Origin: a virus
Lineage: Duplodnaviria; Caudoviricetes
IMG/VR virus record: IMGVR_UViG_3300010338_000470
Direction: 5' to 3' (one strand)
DNA: 64,000 nucleotides
Shown here: in pieces, positions 33,765 to 42,780 of the stretch
Position numbering within the stretch: the first letter of the stretch is position 1
Layout: every line of letters begins with the position of its first letter
Program-made: the position numbers and the translations under genes
Notes under the pieces: model-generated
Databases searched by the model: none
Seen by the model: only the letters and a program-made list of their open reading frames with translations
What the model was told of the DNA's origin: nothing

Positions 33765-35714
33765 TCAAGACACTGCTGTCAAGACTCCAGGAGCCAGCTC
33801 AGGCATCTTCAACCCGGAGTCAGCGATAAACCTAGACGGATCAACCTTCACTCCCTTGTCGTTGACGGATGGCACTCCAATCTTCAACGTATCTTGGGCA
33901 CGAGTGAAGGCAACGTAGGCTGCTCTACGCTCCGAAAGGTAACTCCCCTCCTTCTTAGCCATGATGTGAGGGAGGGAATCGTCATGCATGTTCGACAGCC
34001 ACACCACGGGCCACTCGGATCCCTTGCTGGCGTGGATGGTGCAGATCTGGGTAGCATCCTTGGACTCAATCTGAAGACGTGAACACTCGTCAGTGAAATC
34101 AATCAGATCCTTGATGGATGAGAACCTTCCGGCAACCTCCAGCAAAGTTTCGATGTTCTCGATCCTGCTGGAGTCAGCGTCATCCTCGATCCCGTTCGTC
34201 TTTCGGAGCCAGTCAATGTACCCTGTGGAATTAAGGACCATACTGATGGCTGACCTGGGGCTGATAGGAGTTCCCCCTGCTTCCCTCAAGGAGATGAGCA
34301 GGTCGGAAAGGTCCACTGCTGCCTGGCGCTGCTTGGGGAACAGCTTCTTTCCAGGGTACGAATCAGTGAACCTGATGGCCTGAATGACATCATCGTTGTA
34401 CTTTTGGGCATTCCCTCGAACAGCGTCAACAAAGGCCCCACCGAGAAATCTGGTCGGACGATTGATGATCTTCGACAAGTAATCCCATCGCTCGTCACCG
34501 GCCCCGTTCGCCAGGCGGAGGTAAGCCATGATATCCCCAACCTCCATGCGGTCGAAGAACCCTCCACCCTTGCACCAGTAAGGCAACCCCGCTGCCACGA
34601 AGGCAGTCTCAAGGTCTGCTGACTGAGCATTGGTGCGAGTCAGGACGGCCACATCACCACCCCTGAGGCCAGACTCCCTCATGGAGAGAACGTCACTAGC
34701 GATGTAGTGGGCCTGGTCCAGCGAGTCAATAAACGAGTGTACTTCGATGGACCCCCCCTGACCTCTCACGGAAACCTGATCCTTCATGCCGAGGCCAGAG
34801 ATCAACTTGTTGACCACGTCAACGACGGGCTTCACGCTCCGATAGTTGTTGACGAGATCAACACGAAGCGCACCCTTGTACCTTCCCATGAAGTTCTCAA
34901 AAGCCTCAGGGGAAGCGCCCCTGAACTCGTAGAGCGACTGCCGAAGGTCTCCCACGACGGTCAAGTTGGGGCTCTCCGACGGGGGTGCGAGCATCTCAAG
35001 AAGCCCCCACTGCAAAGAGTTGGAATCCTGGCACTCGTCCACCAAGAAGGCTTTCCAGGTCCCCTTGGCGAGAGCCAGGGCCTCAGGGGAGGACTTCAGT
35101 AGATCGTAACCCTTCAGGAGCATATCATCGAAATCGATGAGGTTCTCAGTCCCCAGGGCCTTCTCGTACATCGGGTACACCTTCGCAGCAGCGTAGATGT
35201 CAGAATCCCGCGGGGCAGAGTCGACAGTCTCCTGGATCTCAGGGTCATAATGGTGGATGCCAGAATTCTTCCAACGCCCAATCCACCCCAAAACCTTGCC
35301 CACGTCAGCGTTCAAGTTGAGAGCATCCGGAGTCTTCCTGCTCGCAGGTCCAAGGAAATCCTGAACTACCTGCTTCCTCTTGTATTCCTTCGCCAATCCA
35401 GGGAGTTGCTGACCTCTGGCCTCCATCCATCGGTTCATGAATCGGAACATCAGCGAGTGAAAGGTCGAGATGACGAGATCATCTGAGTTCACAAGTGGCT
35501 GCACTCGCTCACTCATCTCCTTAGCGGCCTGTCGAGTGAAGGCAGCGACGAACATCTCAGAAGGGTTGACACCGTTCTCGACCTGATAGGCAATCCTGGA
35601 TACGATGATTCGGGTCTTCCCGGAGCCAGCCCCAGCCATGACAGCGAGCGGCTCGAAGGGAGCCGTCACGGCCTTCTTCTGTTCAGGGTCAAGTCCATCC
35701 AGGTAGTTCGTCAT
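33765..35714 (-). CDS. UvrD/PcrA-like SF1 helicase
   Basis: AGAGSGKT, LVDECQD, VGDLRQSLYEFRG, NYRS, TIHASKGSEW, YVAFTRA. Confidence 0.95.
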   Translation of the reverse strand: MTNYLDGLDPEQKKAVTAPFEPLAVMAGAGSGKTRIIVSRIAYQVENGVNPSEMFVAAFTRQAAKEMSERVQPLVNSDDLVISTFHSLMFRFMNRWMEARGQQLPGLAKEYKRKQVVQDFLGPASRKTPDALNLNADVGKVLGWIGRWKNSGIHHYDPEIQETVDSAPRDSDIYAAAKVYPMYEKALGTENLIDFDDMLLKGYDLLKSSPEALALAKGTWKAFLVDECQDSNSLQWGLLEMLAPPSESPNLTVVGDLRQSLYEFRGASPEAFENFMGRYKGALRVDLVNNYRSVKPVVDVVNKLISGLGMKDQVSVRGQGGSIEVHSFIDSLDQAHYIASDVLSMRESGLRGGDVAVLTRTNAQSADLETAFVAAGLPYWCKGGGFFDRMEVGDIMAYLRLANGAGDERWDYLSKIINRPTRFLGGAFVDAVRGNAQKYNDDVIQAIRFTDSYPGKKLFPKQRQAAVDLSDLLISLREAGGTPISPRSAISMVLNSTGYIDWLRKTNGIEDDADSSRIENIETLLEVAGRFSSIKDLIDFTDECSRLQIESKDATQICTIHASKGSEWPVVWLSNMHDDSLPHIMAKKEGSYLSERRAAYVAFTRAQDTLKIGVPSVNDKGVKVDPSRFIADSGLKMPELAPGVLTAVS

Positions 35715-35779
35715 GAGGACGACGATACAGCATCCATCTCCGCCTGTCAAGCGAAGACCCATAATATAGACTCGGGATC

Positions 35780-36262
35780 ATGCTCAGCGACAAGGACATC
35801 AAGTACATGAAGTGGTCACTCCAGGGGGCCGACCTCTTCTCCACCTGCTCGAAGGCCCAGTACCTCGCCATCATCCTTGACACCCACGGAAGGGTTGTCG
35901 GCACAGGGTACAACGGTGTGCCTTCAGGTATGAAACACTGCGTTGACGGTGGATGCCCCCGAGTCGTCAACAACGTCCCATCTGGAACCCCATACGACTA
36001 CGGCCCAGGGCTCTGCTACGCCATCCACGCTGAAGCTAACGCTATCCTTCACTCAGATCGAACAGCGAGACTGGACGGAACCATCTACGTTGGTGGGGTT
36101 CCGTGTTTCGGATGTGCCAAGCAGATCGCTAGCTCTGGGCTAGGTAGGCTCGTCTACCTCCAGAACGAGGCCTCAAGGACGGACGCTTCTCAATCCTTGG
36201 AGCTGATAGCTTCCGTGGGGATCGAAGTAGCTGGGGTGGACCCCACCCTCCTCAAAGAATAA
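35780..36262 (+). CDS. dCMP deaminase
   Basis: GTGYNG, HAEANA, PCFGC. Confidence 0.93.
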   Translation: MLSDKDIKYMKWSLQGADLFSTCSKAQYLAIILDTHGRVVGTGYNGVPSGMKHCVDGGCPRVVNNVPSGTPYDYGPGLCYAIHAEANAILHSDRTARLDGTIYVGGVPCFGCAKQIASSGLGRLVYLQNEASRTDASQSLELIASVGIEVAGVDPTLLKE

Positions 36263-39200
36263 GTTCGACCCGTTTGCGTTGCTTGCCCTTGATCCCAGTA
36301 AGGACCTCGAAGGCCCCCGATATGGCGTCACAGTTGTGTACGACTAACCCGTTGGCCGTGTATTCGTTCACGTCAGCGACTCTGAGATTGTAAACTGTTT
36401 GCGTTGGGGCGGCTTCAACTGAAATAACAGGCCATACAACTCCAGCTTCAACACGCTTGCCGTCCTCTTGTCCTCTCGCCTCGAATTCAACGCGTGGATG
36501 TAGCGGTTTAGACGGCCATCTCGAACTCAATTCTTCAACTAGATCTACAGCCTGAGAACGTGAAATCCTCACAGTCCATTGGGGTCTGCCTTGATATTCA
36601 ACCCTGCCCAAAGTGGGGTTGTATCCAAGATGGAAAAGGATCTCTCGAACCTGATAGATCAATTGCCTGTTGGCAAGACTCATCCCGAGGTCTCCACGCT
36701 CATCAATGTGCCCATCTTCGAGGAAAATTTCAAGAACAAGCTGTCTGAGTAGGTTGTCGCCCCAGTTGAACCATTCCGATGGGATGCTCTTGTTTTTGCC
36801 TACTCCAACTCTATTTTTCAAAGAAGATGGTGTGAATTCTCTGAGATCAGTAGTAGCCGCACCGCTTTCGGTTCGACTCGGCCAGGAATTACACAAGCCT
36901 CGCTGCTCGCCCGACTCGACCATCTCTTGAACTGTTTCCCATCCGACCTCTTCCCAATACCTTTGAAGCCTCGGACGCTCTGCATGCTTACGATATTCAC
37001 GCTTCTTTGCAAAAGTCAGTAGCGGATGATTTGGTGTTACAACGAGTGCCTCGTTTCCTCCGACTCGGAGCTTCACTGTTGGGGCTTCCCTTTCAAAAGT
37101 TTCGAGAACTTCCTTGAATCCAAACCTTGTCCACACCATATCACCAACGCTGACATCTTGAATTTCCACATACCCACGATCGGTACGCACTAGCGTCCCG
37201 GCACCAAAACACTGGTCATCGTGGATGGAGGACTTCTTAGAAGCTAGCGGATCGAAAGCCATCACCTCGTCCAAGAAGGCCGTCACCCAATCCCCTCTCA
37301 CCAAGAAGATTTCCTTGCGCTTGGCCTTGGCTGCCCAGTTGTTCACCCTCTTGCCCTTGTCGGCAGTGATGGAGTTGCCGTCAAAGTCGAAGCCGAGAAG
37401 AACGTTCCTAGCGTAGTGCGATATCTGAGAGAGGCCAGCCTGACCTGGGTCCTTTTCCATCCTAATCTTGACGTGGTTGCCGTCTTCCCATGCTGTTTGC
37501 AGGACTCGACGTTCGACATCAGCAGGCCCAGCCCTAAAACGCCTCATGTCCAAAATGAACATGTAGCCATCCACGATAGCCACCTTGGCTCCAGCGGTCC
37601 AGTCAGGGTCGGGGTTGGAATCGGATGGGGCTGAGCCTGCCAAATCCCAATACCTGACGCAGTTCATGAAAGCTTCAGCCGGGACATCCTCGGGGGCGAT
37701 AATCGGGAAGTCGTCACGGTCAAAGAGGTTGCCTGTCTCCTCCGCGTACCAGTCACCGAACTTCAGCCTGGCTCTATCCACGCTCGAAAGACGGTCAAGG
37801 GCCTCCCCGTATGACTCGATGTCAACGTAAGGATTCTCCTCGAACCCGCAAGGGATGAAAAGCCTCTTACTGTCTTTGTGCTTACCTTCTTCAATGAAGT
37901 AACGTCTCACCCAGTTTGGAGCAGGGTTGGTGGCAGACCTTGCCCTCAAGGGTACCTTAGCCAAGGGGGACCCAGAAGCAGCAGAGGGGCGACGGATACG
38001 AGAGATCAGATACCTGTAGTGGTTCTCTCTGATCTCGGTTAACTCATCGAACCCACAGTTTGCAGAAACAATCCCACCTTTGATGATATAGTGGGAACAT
38101 GAATCAACTGTCAGGTCCCGAGTATCCACCTCACCCACTGGGGCCATTTCACAAACAGCGGAATACACGTCCTGAAGTGACGAGGTACAAATTTCCGACG
38201 TATAGGGGTGGACATACGATATGCCGCCCATCGGGATACATAGCGGAATACTGCCCCGACCACCCTCATTGCAACAAAATTGGTCAGGTTGCCCAGCATC
38301 GCCTCGTGATGGAGGGAGGCCTCGGTCGTCTGCTCTTGCCGGGAGAAATTGTCCACCATCGAAACCGGGACAAGAAGGACAACCGTCTAAGCAATCTCTC
38401 CCTTGAGACGCCTCAGACTCACGCCAAGGAGCACTATCCTGAGTCCTTGATGGCGGGGGTGTATGGGAAGGCTGACCTGAATGAAGGGCAGGTCCGTACA
38501 GCGCTAGCGGGGCGAACGACACGAGAAGCCGCTGACTTGTTAGGAGTGCATCCTCAGACGTTGAGAAATAGGTTCGATCACTTGCTTCAGAAACGACGCA
38601 GCCCTGGTGAACCGCTGCCCCTTGAGTTGCAATGGAAGCTGCGGGAGATGGCCCTTGATCCCGGCATGAGCCAATCTCGTGCTTGCCGTGAACTTGGAGT
38701 GTCGCCTGGAACCCTGAAGACGTGGTACCGCTCTCTAGGTTTGTCTTGGCAGCGAGCGAAGTCGGGGCCACCCAGCACCCGTCGGTAGACAGCATGCGAT
38801 GCCCTTCACCGACCACTACTGAGGAACCGTTAGGAGTGGTGACCTTCCAAGCTGGCTTCATTCCGGGGCTATGGGTTCTCGTCACCTTCCTAGCCCCTTG
38901 AAGTGTCTGAACCTCGTCACCCACTTCAATATCTTCAATGGGACGCCACGACCCGTCCGCCATGAGGACAGGGGTCGACTTCTCGACGCAATACTGAACC
39001 TCCATGCCCTTGTACCTGAGGTGGTCATCAGGGCCATCCAGATATCCGAAAGAGAGCGTGGCTCCCGACGGGAACACAGCGGTATTCGACTGCTTCAACC
39101 AGCGAACTTCTGGGTACTCGGAAAGCCACTCCCTGGCCCTATCCATGATGGCTCCGGGGAGGGCCAGGTCAGCGAAGGTGTTACGGAAGATGATGGCAGC

Positions 39201-41675
39201 GTAACCTGGAACGTCGCAATTGTGCGTCGGAACCATATTCTCTCCAACAAGGAAGAGGTGGTCTTCTGAGCCAACAGTGAGGCACTGAACAAGCCTGGAT
39301 TCGTTCAGTCTTTCGACCTTGGAAACGATCCATCGCTTCTGCATTCGGGTGTTGGTCCGCTTTCGCTCCACGCTCTGCTTTTGCTTGGCCTTCTTTCTGG
39401 TCAGCCTGAACACATACTCGTCGGCCGGGAAGGAGACTAGCCATCCGAACTTTTGCTCTCCGGATGGAGTCGTGTGCCATTGCTTGGAACGAGTAGCATG
39501 CCACCCAAAGGAGCTGACTAGCTCTACTACGGCTTCCACCAGCAATCGGTTAGTGCTGAAGAATATTGGAGTACCCCAATGAGCATCCGTCGTCCCGTCG
39601 GCATCCATAAGGCCTTGCAGGAGAGCCAACCTCTGCCCCTTCGAGGCCCGAAAGTAGGCTTGAGGTACATGCTTGTCTATCAGTACGCCAGCCCTTTTCA
39701 GATTAGTTCTAAGCCCAAGGTCATGCCAGTGATGCTCTCCATCGCGTGCTATCTCGTACCCTACTCCCCTGAGGGCTTCCTCTACCTCTCTGTCAATGCC
39801 AACCGCACCCCCGTCACCCCATGACCTATCTCCAAGCCAGACCACAAGCCAGACCCCAAGCAAATATGGGTCCACTGGAAGTTCGATTTCAGGCAGATCA
39901 AGAGGCTTGGAGTCCAAGATGCTCCATTGTGCTGCGGGCTTACGCCCGCGGGACGTCCTCTGGGTACGGAACATTTCAGCAGTAGACACTGTTCTCGTGG
40001 GGAGGTGTTCTCCCCCGTCTGGCGACATCCTGTCGGCTAATGTCTCTGCTGCCCAAAGGTGCTTACCATCGGCAACTATAGAGTATCCTTCATTGAAGTA
40101 CATCTCGTAGAGATCAGAGGACCACTCAGGCTGCGTTTTGGCCAGGACGGGCACCGGAACACCGTTCTGGTCAAACACCATGTCACCTACTTCAAGCTTC
40201 CCTATGGTGGACCAGCCTTCCGGGGTAGGGACGGGGGTGTCCACGTCCAGCGGGTACTGCAACGCTGCCATTAAAAGGGCGTCCGAGTTGTGGGTTACGA
40301 TGAAGGAGCGTCCGATGCGGAAAAGGCCGCGAGGGTTGGCGACCTGGATGCACTGTGTTAGCTGGGGCTCAGCTTCCTCGATGGATTCGATAGGGCGATA
40401 CTCGGTGCGATTCATCTTTGAGTCGAAGTCGCATGCCAACCAGCGATCCCTCTTGAACGGCAGCCTGAAGAAGCACTCGGGACACTGTGAGACTTGAAAG
40501 CGCCAGGCCTTACCTTCAAACTCGGGGTCTTGATTCTTCGTCTTCTTGAACTGGAAGACGGAGGGCTTGAATCCCATGGACCAGAACAAGGACCAAAGCT
40601 GCTCGCACATGTCTTCGGTGGCGAGACATATCTCCATGCGCCCTCTTTCAGCGTCGATGTAGCCGTCCGTATCGAAGAATCCCGAGATGAACGACTTCTT
40701 GTCGTCGTGCGAGGTGAGGAAGATCCAGTCTGGGATTCGTTTGCCAGCGAGGAAGTTTTCGGCCCTCAAGTGCCTCTTCAAGCTGACGCCATTGCTGTCG
40801 GTGAGGGCCAGTCCGAACATGTCCTGCCTGCCTTCCCGCTCCATGACGGTAGCGACTCTGACATCCCATCCATCTTTCTGGAGTTCAGGGATTAGGTCGT
40901 CAGCATAGGACTCACTTGTCCAAACATACCCGTTATCGATTCCCCCATCTCCCAACCAAACTCCGAGTGTGTAAGGGGGAATCTCTGACTTCCACTCTCC
41001 GGCCCCATTTAGGGGTCCACCATTCGGAATGGAGAGGCGCTTACGTTCAGACTCTTGAAGCTCGATGACTTCTTCAGTTGTAAGCGTTGTTGTGTAGTCC
41101 CAAATAGAGGGGCGCACATAGGTCTCACGAGCTTCCTGAGCGCGCTTGGAGTTATGGAGGGCAGCCGCCTCGGCAGTGCCCTTAGCTCGCCCGTCTGTAG
41201 CCTCTAGACGCTCCTTCTCGGACCTACCCCTCAGCGCTCTCTTGGCGCGCCTAGCGGCCTTCCAGTGAGGGTCCGTGCGCTGGTAGGCCCCCCTCTGGTT
41301 CTCGTTGGCGACATTCCAGCGGTGGGTTCTCCCTGCGATCACATCCTCCCCGCCACTAGAGACGTTGTAACACTTATCAGCGAATACTTCGGACTTGGCC
41401 AGGACTTGGGTCGGCTCTCCGTCCTGGTCGAAGACATAATCTCCCACCTTCAGTGAGCCGATAGTCTTCCATCCCTCTGTCGTCAGAATAGCTGTGGAAA
41501 CTCTCAGATTTTTGCCACCACTTGCCGCTCCACCGAATAGAACTTCTAGTGCGTCGGTGCGCAAGAAGGCTTTCTGCTTAGGGTGTGGCTCGTGGGGTGA
41601 GTAAAGGGGTGGCTTGGGTTCCAGGAAGTCGCGGACTTTCTGCCAGTCAACATCCTTGGGGGTCTCGTCAGGCAT
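36252..41675 (-). CDS. terL: Terminase large subunit with four inteins; ~450 aa after splicing
   Basis: GGAASGGK|S Walker A, Y|CGFDE Walker B, SATNP, RYWDLA, DWTAG, HDDQ|CDA. Confidence 0.95.
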   Translation of the reverse strand: MPDETPKDVDWQKVRDFLEPKPPLYSPHEPHPKQKAFLRTDALEVLFGGAASGGKNLRVSTAILTTEGWKTIGSLKVGDYVFDQDGEPTQVLAKSEVFADKCYNVSSGGEDVIAGRTHRWNVANENQRGAYQRTDPHWKAARRAKRALRGRSEKERLEATDGRAKGTAEAAALHNSKRAQEARETYVRPSIWDYTTTLTTEEVIELQESERKRLSIPNGGPLNGAGEWKSEIPPYTLGVWLGDGGIDNGYVWTSESYADDLIPELQKDGWDVRVATVMEREGRQDMFGLALTDSNGVSLKRHLRAENFLAGKRIPDWIFLTSHDDKKSFISGFFDTDGYIDAERGRMEICLATEDMCEQLWSLFWSMGFKPSVFQFKKTKNQDPEFEGKAWRFQVSQCPECFFRLPFKRDRWLACDFDSKMNRTEYRPIESIEEAEPQLTQCIQVANPRGLFRIGRSFIVTHNSDALLMAALQYPLDVDTPVPTPEGWSTIGKLEVGDMVFDQNGVPVPVLAKTQPEWSSDLYEMYFNEGYSIVADGKHLWAAETLADRMSPDGGEHLPTRTVSTAEMFRTQRTSRGRKPAAQWSILDSKPLDLPEIELPVDPYLLGVWLVVWLGDRSWGDGGAVGIDREVEEALRGVGYEIARDGEHHWHDLGLRTNLKRAGVLIDKHVPQAYFRASKGQRLALLQGLMDADGTTDAHWGTPIFFSTNRLLVEAVVELVSSFGWHATRSKQWHTTPSGEQKFGWLVSFPADEYVFRLTRKKAKQKQSVERKRTNTRMQKRWIVSKVERLNESRLVQCLTVGSEDHLFLVGENMVPTHNCDVPGYAAIIFRNTFADLALPGAIMDRAREWLSEYPEVRWLKQSNTAVFPSGATLSFGYLDGPDDHLRYKGMEVQYCVEKSTPVLMADGSWRPIEDIEVGDEVQTLQGARKVTRTHSPGMKPAWKVTTPNGSSVVVGEGHRMLSTDGCWVAPTSLAAKTNLESGTTSSGFQATLQVHGKHEIGSCRDQGPSPAASIATQGAAVHQGCVVSEASDRTYFSTSEDALLTSQRLLVSFAPLALYGPALHSGQPSHTPPPSRTQDSAPWRESEASQGRDCLDGCPSCPGFDGGQFLPARADDRGLPPSRGDAGQPDQFCCNEGGRGSIPLCIPMGGISYVHPYTSEICTSSLQDVYSAVCEMAPVGEVDTRDLTVDSCSHYIIKGGIVSANCGFDELTEIRENHYRYLISRIRRPSAASGSPLAKVPLRARSATNPAPNWVRRYFIEEGKHKDSKRLFIPCGFEENPYVDIESYGEALDRLSSVDRARLKFGDWYAEETGNLFDRDDFPIIAPEDVPAEAFMNCVRYWDLAGSAPSDSNPDPDWTAGAKVAIVDGYMFILDMRRFRAGPADVERRVLQTAWEDGNHVKIRMEKDPGQAGLSQISHYARNVLLGFDFDGNSITADKGKRVNNWAAKAKRKEIFLVRGDWVTAFLDEVMAFDPLASKKSSIHDDQCFGAGTLVRTDRGYVEIQDVSVGDMVWTRFGFKEVLETFEREAPTVKLRVGGNEALVVTPNHPLLTFAKKREYRKHAERPRLQRYWEEVGWETVQEMVESGEQRGLCNSWPSRTESGAATTDLREFTPSSLKNRVGVGKNKSIPSEWFNWGDNLLRQLVLEIFLEDGHIDERGDLGMSLANRQLIYQVREILFHLGYNPTLGRVEYQGRPQWTVRISRSQAVDLVEELSSRWPSKPLHPRVEFEARGQEDGKRVEAGVVWPVISVEAAPTQTVYNLRVADVNEYTANGLVVHNCDAISGAFEVLTGIKGKQRKRVELIL
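36333..37211 (-). mobile_element. TerL intein 4 (293 aa), partial LAGLIDADG
   Basis: DDQ|CFGAGTLV..VTPNHP..LEIFLEDG..VYNLRV..ANGLVVHN|C. Confidence 0.9.
38084..38092 (+). promoter_or_regulatory. Extended -10 for the leaderless antisense HNH
   Basis: TGa-TATAGT-6 nt-ATG, the same architecture as other genes in this window. Confidence 0.65.
38099..38788 (+). CDS. HNH endonuclease (HNH_3 + two HTH) nested antisense inside TerL intein 3
   Basis: GYIAEYCPDHP..QHRLVMEGGLGRLLLPGEIVHHRNRDKKDNRLSNL; TTREAADLLGVHPQTL; SQSRACRELGVSPGTL. Confidence 0.9.
   Translation: MNQLSGPEYPPHPLGPFHKQRNTRPEVTRYKFPTYRGGHTICRPSGYIAEYCPDHPHCNKIGQVAQHRLVMEGGLGRLLLPGEIVHHRNRDKKDNRLSNLSLETPQTHAKEHYPESLMAGVYGKADLNEGQVRTALAGRTTREAADLLGVHPQTLRNRFDHLLQKRRSPGEPLPLELQWKLREMALDPGMSQSRACRELGVSPGTLKTWYRSLGLSWQRAKSGPPSTRR
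39219..40253 (-). mobile_element. TerL intein 2: class 3-like, Pro1, LAGLIDADG (345 aa)
   Basis: QY|PLDVDTP..KHLW..LQGLMDADG..VQCLTV..PTHN|C. Confidence 0.9.
40287..41510 (-). mobile_element. TerL intein 1: class 3-like, Asn1, LAGLIDADG (408 aa)
   Basis: GGK|NLRVST..THRW..LGVWLGDG..ISGFFDTDG..TQCIQV..VTHN|S. Confidence 0.9.
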
Positions 41676-41690
41676 GGTGTCTACATTGTA

Positions 41691-42206
41691 TCAGATCAAT
41701 GTTAGTTGATCTGAAGGGATCTCGTAAGCACGCTCATTGTTCATGATGCGGTCCATCTTCTCCCCCCACGCGCTTCTTGGTCCAGGGTGAAGCAATCCGT
41801 CGTGAATGTCATCCAAAACGGTCCTACCCTTGGGTGGGCCTTGAACCCTTCCGTCACCAAGCATCGGAAGACGATCCCTACAATGAGCATCTACTACCGT
41901 CCACTTGTTCCTGGCTAGCGGCCAGTGAGCCCCGCTGGACACGGCTGCCCTGTAGTCGTTCCACGCTGACAGGTACGAGAACCGAAGGTGCACCATACTG
42001 TGGCACCTTACACAAAGGAAGATTGCTCCAGTGATGGGTTCGCTGTAGTCTTCCAGGTGGGCGATGATCTCCCCTGGAACGTCCCCATACACCCCGCAGG
42101 CCGTGCAGTTGAGTGGGCGAACAAGGAACCCCCGCTTATACGCCCAGGTTTGGATGCGTCCACCCTTGTTGCGTTCTTCTCCGGTAAACCCGTTGTAGTC
42201 AGACAT
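41691..42206 (-). CDS. HNH-like Zn-binding protein
   Basis: CTACG..HLEDYS..LCVRCH..H. Confidence 0.65.
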   Translation of the reverse strand: MSDYNGFTGEERNKGGRIQTWAYKRGFLVRPLNCTACGVYGDVPGEIIAHLEDYSEPITGAIFLCVRCHSMVHLRFSYLSAWNDYRAAVSSGAHWPLARNKWTVVDAHCRDRLPMLGDGRVQGPPKGRTVLDDIHDGLLHPGPRSAWGEKMDRIMNNERAYEIPSDQLTLI

Positions 42207-42780
42207 CCTTCACTCTCAAGTAAGCACAACCCTTTAGGGTCTCATCTACATAGTATCGCGACTCTAGGCAACGAATCTCGGTGGCCGTATCAGGTACGGG
42301 ATGCACAGACCTGCCTTGGTCTGCCCGACCCTCGATCCAGATCTCCTTGATTCCCGCCTCGGCCACGGCAGCAGACCAAATCCTTGACCACTCCCAGTCC
42401 ACTGTCTGATCTGGCGTATTGCCAAACAACTCACTGATGCATCTGCGGGCCACGATACCCGTAGCCTTACGCTCCTTGATGAGGTTGACGAAAGCCGGTA
42501 GGGTTCTACGTTCAATGAACATCTGGAAAAACTCCATCTCCACCCCAAACTTCTTGGCCCGGACGATGTTCTTCTCTAGAAGTTCGACCCCCACAACGTC
42601 GATTCCAGTTTTCTCTGAAATTCGAGTACCCAGCAGTCCGGTGGCGCAACACATATCGATCACGCTGTCGGCCTCAAAGGTCTGCATGAACAACGTGAAG
42701 ATGTTGTCATGGATGCGCGGAAACTTTCCTTCATCTCTCCATGCAGCAAGGTATGATTCATCGTTGTATCTAATGCCCAT
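42199..42780 (-). CDS. Class I SAM-dependent methyltransferase-like protein
   Basis: VIDMCCATGLLG motif I, VVGVE motif II. Confidence 0.7.
   Translation of the reverse strand: MGIRYNDESYLAAWRDEGKFPRIHDNIFTLFMQTFEADSVIDMCCATGLLGTRISEKTGIDVVGVELLEKNIVRAKKFGVEMEFFQMFIERRTLPAFVNLIKERKATGIVARRCISELFGNTPDQTVDWEWSRIWSAAVAEAGIKEIWIEGRADQGRSVHPVPDTATEIRCLESRYYVDETLKGCAYLRVKDV

Larger units (their letters stand above)
38058..38990 (-). mobile_element. TerL intein 3 (311 aa) with an antisense-encoded HNH
   Basis: QY|CVEKSTPVLMADG..GEGHRML..non-protein-like linker..TRDLTV..GIVSAN|C. Confidence 0.88.
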
